DNA of 63,156 nt, the filler included. It is 12 parts of 12 records of this genome, joined end to end, with 100 filler letters (N's around TTAATTAATTAA, not from the genome) between each part and the next. Parts side by side here need not be neighbours in the genome. Positions count along the whole stretch, not along the records: positions 8,361 to 11,409 come from SRR7504441_22546; positions 11,510 to 15,765 come from SRR7504441_22552; positions 15,866 to 23,206 come from SRR7504441_22572; 9 more parts are not named here. One strand, given 5' to 3'. Below are positions 10,398 through 20,995 of this stretch, piece after piece (position 1 is the stretch's first letter; every line of letters begins with the position of its first letter). The notes beneath the pieces are model-generated. The model worked only from the letters and a program-made list of their open reading frames with translations, made no database searches and had not been told where the DNA came from. The position numbers and the translations under genes were made by a program.

Positions 10398-11219
10398 TCA
10401 GTTGCAACGTCCCGTACTCTTGTCCGCACAGGTGCAGTAGCCTGAGCGAGCGCACCGGACACAGCCCGAGACCCCGCCGCAATCGGAGTCCGAGCTGCAC
10501 GTCGGACCGCGCTTGCCGGAGCTGCACGACAGGCCCGGTGTTGGAGTTGGCGGTGTTGGAGTTGGCGGTGTTGGAGTTGGGATCGGGTTGGGCGGGCTCG
10601 AGCCGCACTGGCTAGAAAAAGCAGAGACTTCAGCCAGCTTCCAGCTTCCGTTGCCGGAGCTACAGGCCGAGAGGTAGATCTGCGAGTTGGAGCTCGAGTC
10701 CACGTGAAAGACAGGGTAGCTTTTCTGGGTTAAGTCGGTAGCCATCTGGCTCAGCCCGCCCCCATTGGCGTGGATCGAGCTCATCGCCTGGATCGGGGCC
10801 GCCGCCAGTCCGCAGAGCATTGTGAAGTAGCTCTGCGCGTCCTGCGCTCCGGCGCACACACCGTGCTTTGACCACTCGTGTTGCTCGAACGAGAGGTCGT
10901 CGTAGCAGCTGGTTGCGGAGCCGGAAGGAATGGACGAGTCCGCCGGTTTCAGGCACTTGGAGGATCCATACGAGCCGGTCTCCGGCCACAGCCCGTGCAC
11001 CGCCGGTCCGTTGTGCGAGTACGCGCCCGAGCCGTCGCCGCTCTCGAGCACCAGAACCCCGCAGAGGGGCGCGGTCCCGCAGTCCATAAAGTTGGCGCTG
11101 GCGTGCAGGCTCGCGTTGACGAAGCGGACAGGTCGAGCCGTCCGGTTGCTGGGCAGAGGCGCGGCCAGGGCGGAGAGCGCCAAGAGCAGGAGGTCGAGAG
11201 CGAAGAAGGAGGCGTGCAT
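10398..11219 (-). CDS. Secreted ribonuclease T2 with PT linker and Cys-rich C-terminal module
   Basis: Signal peptide; CAS I VHGLWP; CAS II FEQHEWSKHGVC. Confidence 0.92.
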   Translation of the reverse strand: MHASFFALDLLLLALSALAAPLPSNRTARPVRFVNASLHASANFMDCGTAPLCGVLVLESGDGSGAYSHNGPAVHGLWPETGSYGSSKCLKPADSSIPSGSATSCYDDLSFEQHEWSKHGVCAGAQDAQSYFTMLCGLAAAPIQAMSSIHANGGGLSQMATDLTQKSYPVFHVDSSSNSQIYLSACSSGNGSWKLAEVSAFSSQCGSSPPNPIPTPTPPTPTPPTPTPGLSCSSGKRGPTCSSDSDCGGVSGCVRCARSGYCTCADKSTGRCN

Positions 11220-11409
11220 GTGTCCTCTGTGGTCGGGGCAATGAGTTCAGTTCGTATTGAATTTGGTCGGCTGAGATTCGCTGTTCTCACTTGAGCAGAG
11301 CTTCAGTTACAACGGCATAGTCAATCCCACGGGTGGTGGCGGGAGAGGAGTGTGGAGAGAGCACCGAGATGTCGTCGGCCCACAACACGGGTGCGGCTTA
11401 TCTGGCCGG

Positions 11410-11509
11410 NNNNNNNNNNNNNNNNNNNNNNNNNNNNNNNNNNNNNNNNNNNNTTAATTAATTAANNNNNNNNNNNNNNNNNNNNNNNNNNNNNNNNNNN
11501 NNNNNNNNN
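11410..11509. other. Artificial contig linker
   Basis: N-run with TTAATTAATTAA. Confidence 0.99.
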
Positions 11510-11706
11510 GTTGGCTATGTGGCAATCCGTGTATTGTAAAAGTAAAGAGATAGAATAAAAGTCCGTTAAAACGTTCAAAGCCCGGACGGCGGGATCGATG
11601 CGCAAGTGTGCTGACGAGTGAGGAAGAGCTGCCGCAAGGCTGAACAGACAGTAGGTGAGCCGTTTGGGGTACAGCTGGAGGGAGCTGCCGCCCGGCTAAA
11701 AGCGCG

Positions 11707-14700
11707 ATGAGCGGGTTCTGCTTCATCACCGCGGACCTGATCCGCCAGACGGGCAAGCCTTCTGGGGCGGCGCCCTCCGAACTCAAAACGGTCCGGTTAG
11801 GGAGCCCGAGCTCGCCGGGGCGGATCAAGACGATGGAGGGGCTCGAGAATCTGACCGGGCTTGAGTGCCTCGACCTGAGCAACAATGCGATCGAACGGAT
11901 AGATAAGCTGGACCGGCTGACCCGGCTGACGGAGCTCCACCTGCAGTCCAACGCCATCACCCAGCTCTCGGGTCTCCAGCGGCTGCACGCGCTTCGCGTG
12001 CTGAATGTGGACTCGAACCGGATCGCCCACTTGCCGCGCTCGCTGTCCGCTCTGCGGGCGCTCCGCACCCTACGGTGCCGGAGCAACCGCCTGGAGACGC
12101 TCCAAGAGCTGGAAGCGCTGAGCCCACTGGCCAACCTGACCAGCCTGTCGGTGGTGGGCAACCCGTTCACTGAGACGCCGCACTGGCGGCTCTGGACAGT
12201 GTACAAGCTACCAGGGCTTGAGATTCTTGACAGCGAGGCAGTGACGACAACCACGCGAGAAGAGGCGACCAACAGGTTTGCCAGGGACGAGTACCAGCTT
12301 CTGCAGCACAAGTGCCCGCAGCCCCGCCGATCAAACTGAATCGTGTGTGCTGCAGGCTGGCCGAGTGTGTGGCTGAGCGGGAGGACCTATCCAACCAGCT
12401 CGGGGCTCAGCAGGCGCATGTCCTGCACTTGGAGGCCAGGCTCACGGCTGCCGAGCATCAGGTTCGACACTGGAAAGGGCTGAACGCCCAGAACAGCTGC
12501 GACTTGAAATTGGCGCGGTCGCTGTCGGACCAGCGGATGAGTGCGCTGAGTGCCACGAGAGACAGGGTGTGTGAACTCGAACAAAACATAGAGTTCCAGA
12601 GGATCGAGGGCTGCGAGCGGGATATTCAAACGCAGGGCCCCGAGACCGGCGAGCTCGAAGGAAATGTTCTCCTGCTGTCAAATGAGCTTAACCAAGTCAG
12701 GGTGGAGATGGAAGGCTTGGAGGCTCAGTTGCTAGCATTGCAGGCCACTGCCCACAGCAAGCGCGCTGCAGTGACGGCACCCAGCACTAGAATTGACGTG
12801 GATGCGCTAACCGATGCTGTGGCGGAGGCTGCAGATCGTCAGTGTCAAAACTCACAGTTTACTGTGAATGAGATCTGCACCTTCCTGGACGAGCGAACTC
12901 CCTTTGATAAGTTTGCACAGTGGCTGACGGCTGATGGCCGCTCGAGATTTAGGCATTTTAACCTCGAGCACAGTGGTTCACTTAGCCGTGCTGATCTGAA
13001 GGATGCACTAGCTGCATATGTCAATGAGCTATGTGAGGACCGCAGCGATGGTGCCAGGAGGGAACGATACAGGCTGGCGCTGGCAATTAATGTGGACCCC
13101 GTAGACGATAGGGGGGAAACTGGCATGGAGGAATCTGAGATCGACGCTGCTATCGGTGCACAACTGGCAGAGCTCCAGCTGCGTGAAGCTGAGCTCGTGG
13201 CCGGGCTTGAGCGGGCGCACAAAGTGCTGAGCTTGCGAGCTGGCAGGGAGCAGAGAGAGGCAATCTGGGATGGGTGTGAAGAGCTCGGCCAGGCGATTAA
13301 GCACAAGTGGGACACCGTCACAGTGCCAATGACTGCGGTGGGAAGCACTGTGGACTGGCTCTGGGCAATGGCAGAAGAGGTCCGTACTGCAGTGGAGGCG
13401 CCACTGGTCGCACTTGCAGAGGATAAAGAGGCACCGGGTCAACAATTTACTACCACTGGTGCAACAGACAATGATGCAGCTGCTGTACTCAGAGAGTTAC
13501 TTGAGCAAACCATTCTACTGATTCCAGACTCCGGCAGGAGTTGGAACTCCGAGACGCAAGTAGCCGAGCTTTGTGCAACCGTGCAGGCTCGGATGAAAGT
13601 GATTTGCGAACAGAATGTGGATCTGCAGAGACACCTAGTGGCAATCGCGGCTGCTGAGCCAGGAGTTGTCACCAGCACCCAGGTTGAAGGTGATTTAGAT
13701 GCCTTGGGGCATGCCATAAATCAGTTTGCTGAATTGGCTGCAAAGCAGCACGAGGAGGGATACACCTCAGCCATGTCAGAGCTTGAAGAACTGCACATGC
13801 AGATAGCTGACGGTACGCGGGTGCGCAGCATGTTGCAGGAGGAGCTGCATTTGCTTAAAAATGAGTGCGACATTGTCGATGAACGGCTGCACTCGAATCC
13901 TATGGAGAAGGAAGAAGGCCCTGGCGAGTCTGCGTCGGCGCACGTGCAACAGGAACTCTTTGCAGCTAACAAACAAATAGAAATGTTGCTCACGAGGGAA
14001 CGCAACAGGCAATTCCTGTGGCATGGATAATTATTACCATCCGCTGTGATGCAGGTGTGCCCAGTTTGCGGAGGAGTGTGCAGCCATGAAAAAAGAGCTA
14101 ATGTCAGCGAAATCAGAGCTCAAAACCCACCAAGAGGCAAGGCTGGTCATCAATGACAGCTGCGCCGAGACGCAACGACTCAGTGCTTGTCAGTCGGAGC
14201 TCGATTCTTTAGAAGTTACAAAGGCACACAAGGAGCTTGAGGTTGCCCTAGGTTCTACTCAGTAGCAATTATCTACTGTCTTGTGCAGGTGCAAGATTTC
14301 ATCAGGGAGATGGTACTCAAGTTGCAGGAGTGGAGAAATGTAAAGGGGCAAATTGAAGCCGATATCAAACTGTTTAAGGACGAGCACCAGCTGTGGTCTG
14401 ACGAGTGTAGATCCACGGTATGCGATCCCACATAGGCTGCCAAGATTGATGGGATGCACAATATAGGAAATCAAGCCAGAAGCCAATGAGGCTGGGCCAG
14501 AAGATTATTCCGCAGGCATCTGTATAGTTGGCGATCGTGTATCAAGCTCTCAGGATGTGGATCTGCTGCGCATCGAGCTGGACCAATTGAGGCAAGCGTG
14601 CAAGTCTGAACAGATGAAGCTAAACACTTTGAGATTGGAGTGCCAATCCACAGTAGAATCTGCAGGCCAGCAAAGGGATATGGAACAGGTGCTCCGCCTA

Positions 14701-15765
14701 TCATTGCATTGGTCTGCCAAACATCTGATATTTGCTTGTCAGGTGGCAAGAGCTGCTCAAGAAACTGTCGAAAGTGCCAGAGCAACAGTATCAGAACTCA
14801 AGCAAGAAATATGTGCCCTGGAGCAGCGCCGAGGCGAGCTGCAGCATGAACTCCGACCAATCCAGCCTGAGCCTCCACATGAGCAACCTCCTGGTTTGGA
14901 TGATGGGCCTCTTGCTTGCAAACGCGAGTTCGTGACATTGGATTCAGCGTTGCTTGACGCAGACAGTCCTTTGGTTGCTGGCCCACGACATTTTGAACTT
15001 CCGAAAGGAAGCAGAGAGGGAGGCAGTGATCTTGAAGCACGACTTCTTGAGGCTGAGCAGACGCTAACTGCAGACAGGCTGCACATGGCCGAGCTGGAGC
15101 GTGAGCTGCAAGAGACAAAAGCGCAGCTCAGTGGGAGTGCAGATGTCCCTCGTCAGAGACAGTCTGAACTGGCGTTGAAAGAGCTCAAAGAGAGCCAAGC
15201 AAGCGAAAGTGAGTGCAAACAGAAGATGCAGACCCTTGTCCAAACTGTCAAGGATTTAGAGCAGGAGCTGGTGCGAGTAAGAGAGCAGAACCAGCTAAGC
15301 AGCGTAGCAATACCAGACAAGGAGAAGCCAGCCGATGGACAGGATGGCTGTACCAGTATCGACAAATCAGTGGAAGTACCGACCTATTCTGACGCAGGTG
15401 CTGCTGATAAAGTATCTACAGAACAGGAGCAACAACAGCGGAATATGGATGAAAAACTTGAGAACCTTCGCCTCCAAGAACAAGAAGCACATGATCGAAT
15501 CGACGCACTGGTGCGTATAGCTGAAGAGCACGCCTGCATGGACCAAGCTAAACATCAAGCTTTAAAGGCCGATCTCGACATGTTGACACAGGAGCTTGCT
15601 GCATGTCAGTTGAAGTTGCATGAAGGGCAGATATCCGTTGCTGCTCGGATTAAAGATCTTGAGTCCTTACAGAGGTACGCATCCCACTGCGTGCCCATCT
15701 ATACGGGTTGCATAATTGTGAGCATGATGACTATGAAAGTTACACTTGAACTAGGATCGTGCGAT
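11707..15765 (+). CDS. SDS22-like LRR + long coiled-coil protein (centriolin/LRRCC1-like), multi-exon, 3' truncated
   Basis: EGLENLTGLECLDLSNNAIERI LRRs and LRR cap GNPF...WRLWTVYKLPGLEILD; coiled-coil exons joined by short GT-AG introns (e.g. about 12312-12355). Confidence 0.75.
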
Positions 15766-15865
15766 NNNNNNNNNNNNNNNNNNNNNNNNNNNNNNNNNNN
15801 NNNNNNNNNTTAATTAATTAANNNNNNNNNNNNNNNNNNNNNNNNNNNNNNNNNNNNNNNNNNNN
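15766..15865. other. Artificial contig linker
   Basis: N-run with TTAATTAATTAA. Confidence 0.99.
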
Positions 15866-16295
15866 TCTACAAGATCTTCTCCCTCCGAGCAGAACAGCCA
15901 GCTGACAGCTGCAGTGCGACTGTGCCAGCCGGTGGAGGAGGATGGGCAGGGGTCGGAACTCGGACTGGTTCTACCGCACTGTGGCCACAGCACGCCCGAG
16001 CACTGGCGGCAAGCCGCCCGAGGTAGCTCGGCAGATGAAGCTGGACTGGGAGGCCAGACTGAGGGCCAGTGGCATCGATCCGAAGACTGGCAGAACCTAC
16101 GGCCGGTGGGACGAGAAGGGTGCCTGGATTCGGGGCGACCCGGGCAAACGGCGCCCATATAGCGGGCCTGGGGCCGAGCCAGCGGCAGCGGAAGGCGAGG
16201 AGGATGCGGAAGGCGAGGAGGATGCCCCGCGGCGTGTGACGAGGAGCATGACGAGAGCTGGTGACGGAACCGTCGTAGCGGCTACGTGTCCTTGA
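15866..16295 (+). CDS. 3' end of a hypothetical protein
   Basis: ORF with coding-like codon usage ending before an AT-rich spacer; no family recognised. Confidence 0.4.
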
Positions 16296-16528
16296 CGCCC
16301 GCCCAGTGCTGACCATCGTCACCGAGCTCCTCAGACAATTGGCACACGGACGGAGTGTGGGCACACAGCCCAATGTACGCAGCAATACGTACCCTGACAC
16401 CGTACTCACATAGTAGATCTACGAGTACTGCATAAGCCATAGAGTTAAAACGCATTGAATAGTAAATGATAGTTACTCGTATGGTCTTCAATAAGTGTTC
16501 AGACGTTGTACATGCGCAGCCAGCGCAC

Positions 16529-17998
16529 TTAAAAGCTCTTAAATGCCTTGACACCATCGGAGGTCGGCTGGACCCGCCAAGTGGTGAAGTCGCGAAGCTG
16601 CTCCAAGAATCCACTCGACGGCGGCTTTTCGTATTCTCGCACCGGCACCTTGGCAAGTTCGGACGGCTTCAGGTCGCCTATATAGAACTGCTCTAGATAC
16701 TGGAAAGACCGACGGGACAGATGGTACATTTCAAAGAATGTGGTGGCGTCCATGTTGATCGCTTGCTCCGGGATAATTGCCGATCCGCCCGGGTGCTCCG
16801 GCAGCCATCTGGTCACATCGAACACCATCCCGTCTATCACGATCAGCACCTCGCCGTCCGCGTTCCGGGACATGACCTCCAGGTAGTCGAGACCTTCACG
16901 ACGGACTCGCGACTCGAACTCGCCGCCTCGCTCTCGGCACAAGTCGGCCAAAGGCTGGCACCCGAGCGCCTCGGCCGCGGCCTGCAGCTCGGGCAGATAC
17001 TCGAGATCAAACACAAAGTTGTGTCCGTTGCCGATCATGGCTTGCTCCAGGAAGAGGAGCACTCGATCCAGCGTGAGGCAGCCAACCTGGCAGTGCACTT
17101 CTGGGATCTGGCCAGCCACCGACTGCTCGTCCTTGGAGAGCACCCACTTGGTCAGCTTGATGCAAGACTGGAGCATCCGCTTCTTGACCGGGAAGTGCTC
17201 GGGCTCAGGGTCGTTCGAATACAAGTGAAGTACCTCTTTAGGCACACGCGAGCTCTCTGGGCTGACAGGATTGATCAGCTCCAGCGCCCCCGGCCCGTGC
17301 AAGTGCGTGTCCACCCCGAGATACACCACCGTGTCCGCGTCGACTAGCCCCCGCCGGGCGGCCTGCCCTGTGCAGTACAAGTCCTCCTCCTCCTCCTCCG
17401 CAGAGGACTGGCTGAGCTCAGTTACAGTGGCTACGAAATGCTCGCCGTCCACCTCCAGCCCAAACCGCTGGTGCACCGTCACGCACTTCTTCCACAGCTG
17501 CTTGCCTAGCGCCTGGCTCACCCGCCGGCTGTCGATCCTGACCGGGCCTTGGCACGGCCGCTCGCGCGGGGTGATCTCAGCAGTGAGTGCGCACAGCAGC
17601 GGCACCGGCTCGGCCCAGACGGCCCACTCGTAGCTGGACTGGGGCACCACCTTCAGGTTGAACTGCTGCACCTCCGACAGGCAGATCCGGCCGGCCGGCA
17701 CCCGCGGGTCCGGTCGGGCGGTGAGCAGAGCCTTCGGGAAGGCGCCTTCGTAAAGCAGGAGCGGCTGGTCGGGCGGATGCTCCGGGAAGCAGCCCGGCGC
17801 GACGTAGGCCAGGGCCGTGTCGGTCACCTCGAGCTGGCCCGGTCGGAGCACCTCGAGCCGGGCCGCAGTGCGCTGGGAGGTGTCCCAGGCCGGGATGGCG
17901 GTCTGCTGCCGGGCCTTGGCGGTGGATGGGGCCTCGTTGGCCACTCCGTACCGCTGGTGGGCCGCCTTCTCATTGTGGATCCCCCGGGCCCACGCCAT
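16529..17998 (-). CDS. CDC48/NSF-N-like + SKP1/BTB-like + cytochrome b5 domain protein
   Basis: C-terminal cyt b5 IDGMVFDVTRWLPEHPGG...FEMYHLS...LEQFYIGDL is clear. The N-domain-like GRICLSEVQQFNLKV and BTB-like TLDRVLLFLE..AAEALGCQPLADLC are inferred. Confidence 0.8.
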   Translation of the reverse strand: MAWARGIHNEKAAHQRYGVANEAPSTAKARQQTAIPAWDTSQRTAARLEVLRPGQLEVTDTALAYVAPGCFPEHPPDQPLLLYEGAFPKALLTARPDPRVPAGRICLSEVQQFNLKVVPQSSYEWAVWAEPVPLLCALTAEITPRERPCQGPVRIDSRRVSQALGKQLWKKCVTVHQRFGLEVDGEHFVATVTELSQSSAEEEEEDLYCTGQAARRGLVDADTVVYLGVDTHLHGPGALELINPVSPESSRVPKEVLHLYSNDPEPEHFPVKKRMLQSCIKLTKWVLSKDEQSVAGQIPEVHCQVGCLTLDRVLLFLEQAMIGNGHNFVFDLEYLPELQAAAEALGCQPLADLCRERGGEFESRVRREGLDYLEVMSRNADGEVLIVIDGMVFDVTRWLPEHPGGSAIIPEQAINMDATTFFEMYHLSRRSFQYLEQFYIGDLKPSELAKVPVREYEKPPSSGFLEQLRDFTTWRVQPTSDGVKAFKSF

Positions 17999-18146
17999 CA
18001 CCCCGCACCCGGCGGCGCCTGACCCGTGCAAGGCGTCCGGTGACCGACTGGCGAGTCGTCGAGCCGTTGTTGATCTTCGGCGGACGGCGGACGGCGGTGC
18101 CTGATCTCGGCGGTGACCGCACTCGGCGGTGCCTGATCTCGGGGCG

Positions 18147-19379
18147 ATGTGGCGGCTGATCGGTGCGTTGGTGGCCCTGGCGGCGGGGTTGTGGGTGCCC
18201 CACTGGCTGGCCCGCATGCCCCACCCGTTCGACGATACCACCGCCGTTGCCATCCCCCCGGCCCGGCTCGCGCTCTACCCTGGCGGCCCGGACGGCGCCC
18301 CGGTCCCTGCGCGTTTCGAGGGAGCCCTGGCGCTCAATAGCCGGCTGCAGGCGGCCACCCGGCTGTTCCAGGGCGCCGTGTTCGGCTCCGAGTCGGTCGC
18401 GGTCACCCCGTCGGGCGCGCTGGTGATGTTGGATCGCTATGGCTGGGTGCACTTCGCCCGTCCCACTCGGGCCGGGGCTACCAGCCTGTACTCAGGCAGC
18501 GGGAGTGCGGCCAACGACGCTTGGTCGCTGAGTCAGGCGCAGTATGTCGGGCCGGGCCGGCCACTCGGGTTCCATTTAGTTGGGGAGGAAACCCTGTACA
18601 TCTGTGACTCGCTCAAGGGGCTCACCCGGCTCGATCTCGGCACTGGCAGGCTGGAGGTGCTCTCAAATGCAGTGCACTCGGAGGTGCGGGCAGGTCAGCA
18701 ACCGGCCATGCCGCTGTACTACGCAAACGATCTAGACGTTGCCGCCGATGGCACAGTGTACTTTACGAGCTGCACACATCACCCGGTCGCGCTGAACCGG
18801 TTCGGGTTCTACGACACGATGCGCTCGTATCTGCTGTCTACCCTACACGGCGCAGCCGATGGCAGGCTGCTGCGCTGGGATCCAGTCACGCGGCGGACGC
18901 ACGAGCTGCTGGGCGGGTTGAGCTATGCGAATGGCGTGGCGCTTAGTGCCGGTGAAGACTTTGTGTGTGTTGTAGAAACGAACACCGCGCGAGTGCACCG
19001 TCTGTGGCTCAGCGGGCCAAAGCAGGGCCAGACCGACATACTGATACCCAGCCTGCCTGGGATTCCGGACGGCATCAGCAGGAGCCCCGATGGTGGCTTT
19101 TGGGTGGCCCTAGTCGCCCCAATCAGTCCTCTGATGGCTGCAATCGGGCCCTACCGGTGGGCGAGGCAGCTGCTCAGTCATTGGGTGGAGCAGATGGTGC
19201 CAGTGGTGGCCAAGCCCTGGTCCGGCGCAGTCAAGTTCTCGCCGAATGGGACAGCGGTGCAGGCTCTGTACGACCCAGACGGATCGAGGGTTTCGACGCT
19301 GAGCGCTGTGACCGAGAGCAAGGGCAAGCTATTCTTGGGCAACCTAGGCGGGGATTATGTCAGCGTCGTTGACTTGTAG
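18147..19379 (+). CDS. Strictosidine synthase-like / APMAP-like beta-propeller
   Basis: N-terminal anchor; GRPLG, YANDLDVA.DG.VYFT, YANGVALS, LPGIPDGI, LFLGNL. Confidence 0.92.
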   Translation: MWRLIGALVALAAGLWVPHWLARMPHPFDDTTAVAIPPARLALYPGGPDGAPVPARFEGALALNSRLQAATRLFQGAVFGSESVAVTPSGALVMLDRYGWVHFARPTRAGATSLYSGSGSAANDAWSLSQAQYVGPGRPLGFHLVGEETLYICDSLKGLTRLDLGTGRLEVLSNAVHSEVRAGQQPAMPLYYANDLDVAADGTVYFTSCTHHPVALNRFGFYDTMRSYLLSTLHGAADGRLLRWDPVTRRTHELLGGLSYANGVALSAGEDFVCVVETNTARVHRLWLSGPKQGQTDILIPSLPGIPDGISRSPDGGFWVALVAPISPLMAAIGPYRWARQLLSHWVEQMVPVVAKPWSGAVKFSPNGTAVQALYDPDGSRVSTLSAVTESKGKLFLGNLGGDYVSVVDL

Positions 19380-19549
19380 CTTTTTAGTTGACATTCATAC
19401 TTTATTTCATAGTCATACTCGTACATAAGCTACAAAAGGTTGAGCCAAGCTTTGATCCTTTTATACCGTAGAACATTATTTGAATATTCTACTCCGGATC
19501 TACCAAACCAAAGGGACTGTAGCTATCGGCACCACAAGTTAGCCTGGAG

Positions 19550-20716
19550 TTAGCCGCACTTCTTGCAAGCCGGGAGCGAGGTGTTGTAAAGGTTTTTCTC
19601 CACGTTGATGATCGCTTGGAACATTGTATCAGTCGCCATCACAGCATCGTTGTTTATGACACTGTAGAGCACTTCAGCTGACAGGCTGTCGCTGCTATTT
19701 AGTAGCTTCTCAGCCCCAATCCTGCGGGGATGGCCTATTCCCTTGACCCCTGTCGGGTCGAAAAACTCCTTGATGTCGTGGTAGATATAATCGAAGTTGG
19801 TCATGATGATGTACCGGTCCTTTGGAGTCAAGTCTATGTTGTAAACCAGCCGGTCCGGGTCTCTGGCCAGAATCGTGCCTTTGCGCACCCCACTGATGAT
19901 ATTATACTCAGTCGCAGCATACGGCATCGTGGACATAGCGTGCACCGCGTCCTCATACTCTGAGTAGTTTTGCAAGATCTGCCGCTTGACCCAGCCACTG
20001 GTCGGCCGCTTGTCCTCAAACACATTTTTGATCATCAGTGCATTTCCTCCCTTATGGCCATAGAATCGTGTGTTGACCTCAAAGCTGTATCCGTTCTTCC
20101 CTGGCCGAATTCCTGTCAAAATCGCTTGGTATGCCGCGATCATCTGGGCCGTGTAAAGGTATTTGCCGCTCCGGCTGAACTTGGCGTTGTACGCCATCGG
20201 CTGCAGGTACTCTGGGAGCGAGAAATCCAGGTTGCGCGCGTGAATCACGCTTCCGTCTGGGCTTCTGGCGATGATTCCGGTGCACCCGAAGCCCCAGCGG
20301 GAACCAGCTGCCGCTGTGAGCGCCGCCGACTCGTGCGGGCTCAGGAAGGGCAGGCTGATATTGGTGAGCGGGACCATCAGGGTCTGCAGCTCGTACAGCA
20401 GCTGGGCGGCATGCACCGTTGACACGGGCCAACCCAGCTGTGCAGCAATCCCATTGACCTCGCCCATCAGCTCGGCGTTCTCCGGCCCGCGACGGGCGGC
20501 CAACTTGGCGGCGATCCCCTTGACCAGGAAGTTGTCCACCAGTTTGCTGTACAGTTTGTTGAGCGGAGCTCGGAAGTGCTCGATCACCGCGACGAAGCGT
20601 TGCTCCGGCGGCAGATCCAGGTCGATCACAAACTCCGGGAGCTGGGCCGGCGAGCGCGGTGCGGGCGCGGCCGTGGCGCAGCACACCAGCAGCCCGAGCA
20701 GTGCCACCGGGGACAT
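19550..20716 (-). CDS. Acid ceramidase / NAAA-like Ntn hydrolase
   Basis: Signal peptide; IDLDLPPEQRF; catalytic Cys in G-CTGIIA; HARNLDF; TNFD. Confidence 0.92.
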   Translation of the reverse strand: MSPVALLGLLVCCATAAPAPRSPAQLPEFVIDLDLPPEQRFVAVIEHFRAPLNKLYSKLVDNFLVKGIAAKLAARRGPENAELMGEVNGIAAQLGWPVSTVHAAQLLYELQTLMVPLTNISLPFLSPHESAALTAAAGSRWGFGCTGIIARSPDGSVIHARNLDFSLPEYLQPMAYNAKFSRSGKYLYTAQMIAAYQAILTGIRPGKNGYSFEVNTRFYGHKGGNALMIKNVFEDKRPTSGWVKRQILQNYSEYEDAVHAMSTMPYAATEYNIISGVRKGTILARDPDRLVYNIDLTPKDRYIIMTNFDYIYHDIKEFFDPTGVKGIGHPRRIGAEKLLNSSDSLSAEVLYSVINNDAVMATDTMFQAIINVEKNLYNTSLPACKKCG

Positions 20717-20995
20717 GTGCGCCCTTTTGATGACGCGGGAAGATTTAGTAACGGCTTGTCGGCTTTCTTTGTTTTATCACTTTTTAGTTAAAACCAGGTA
20801 TTCAAGTACCAGGTACTAACCAGGTACAGCTGTACCGGGTATTGCAAGTATTGCAAGTACCGGTAGTCCGGTACTCGCGATCGTACTCGTATACATGACT
20901 TGATACAACTGGTACGGCTGTAGTACGGCTGTAGTTCTCTTCAAGACGAGGTGTAAACTGCAACAACAAGCAGGAATCAGCTAGCATTCTAGTTT

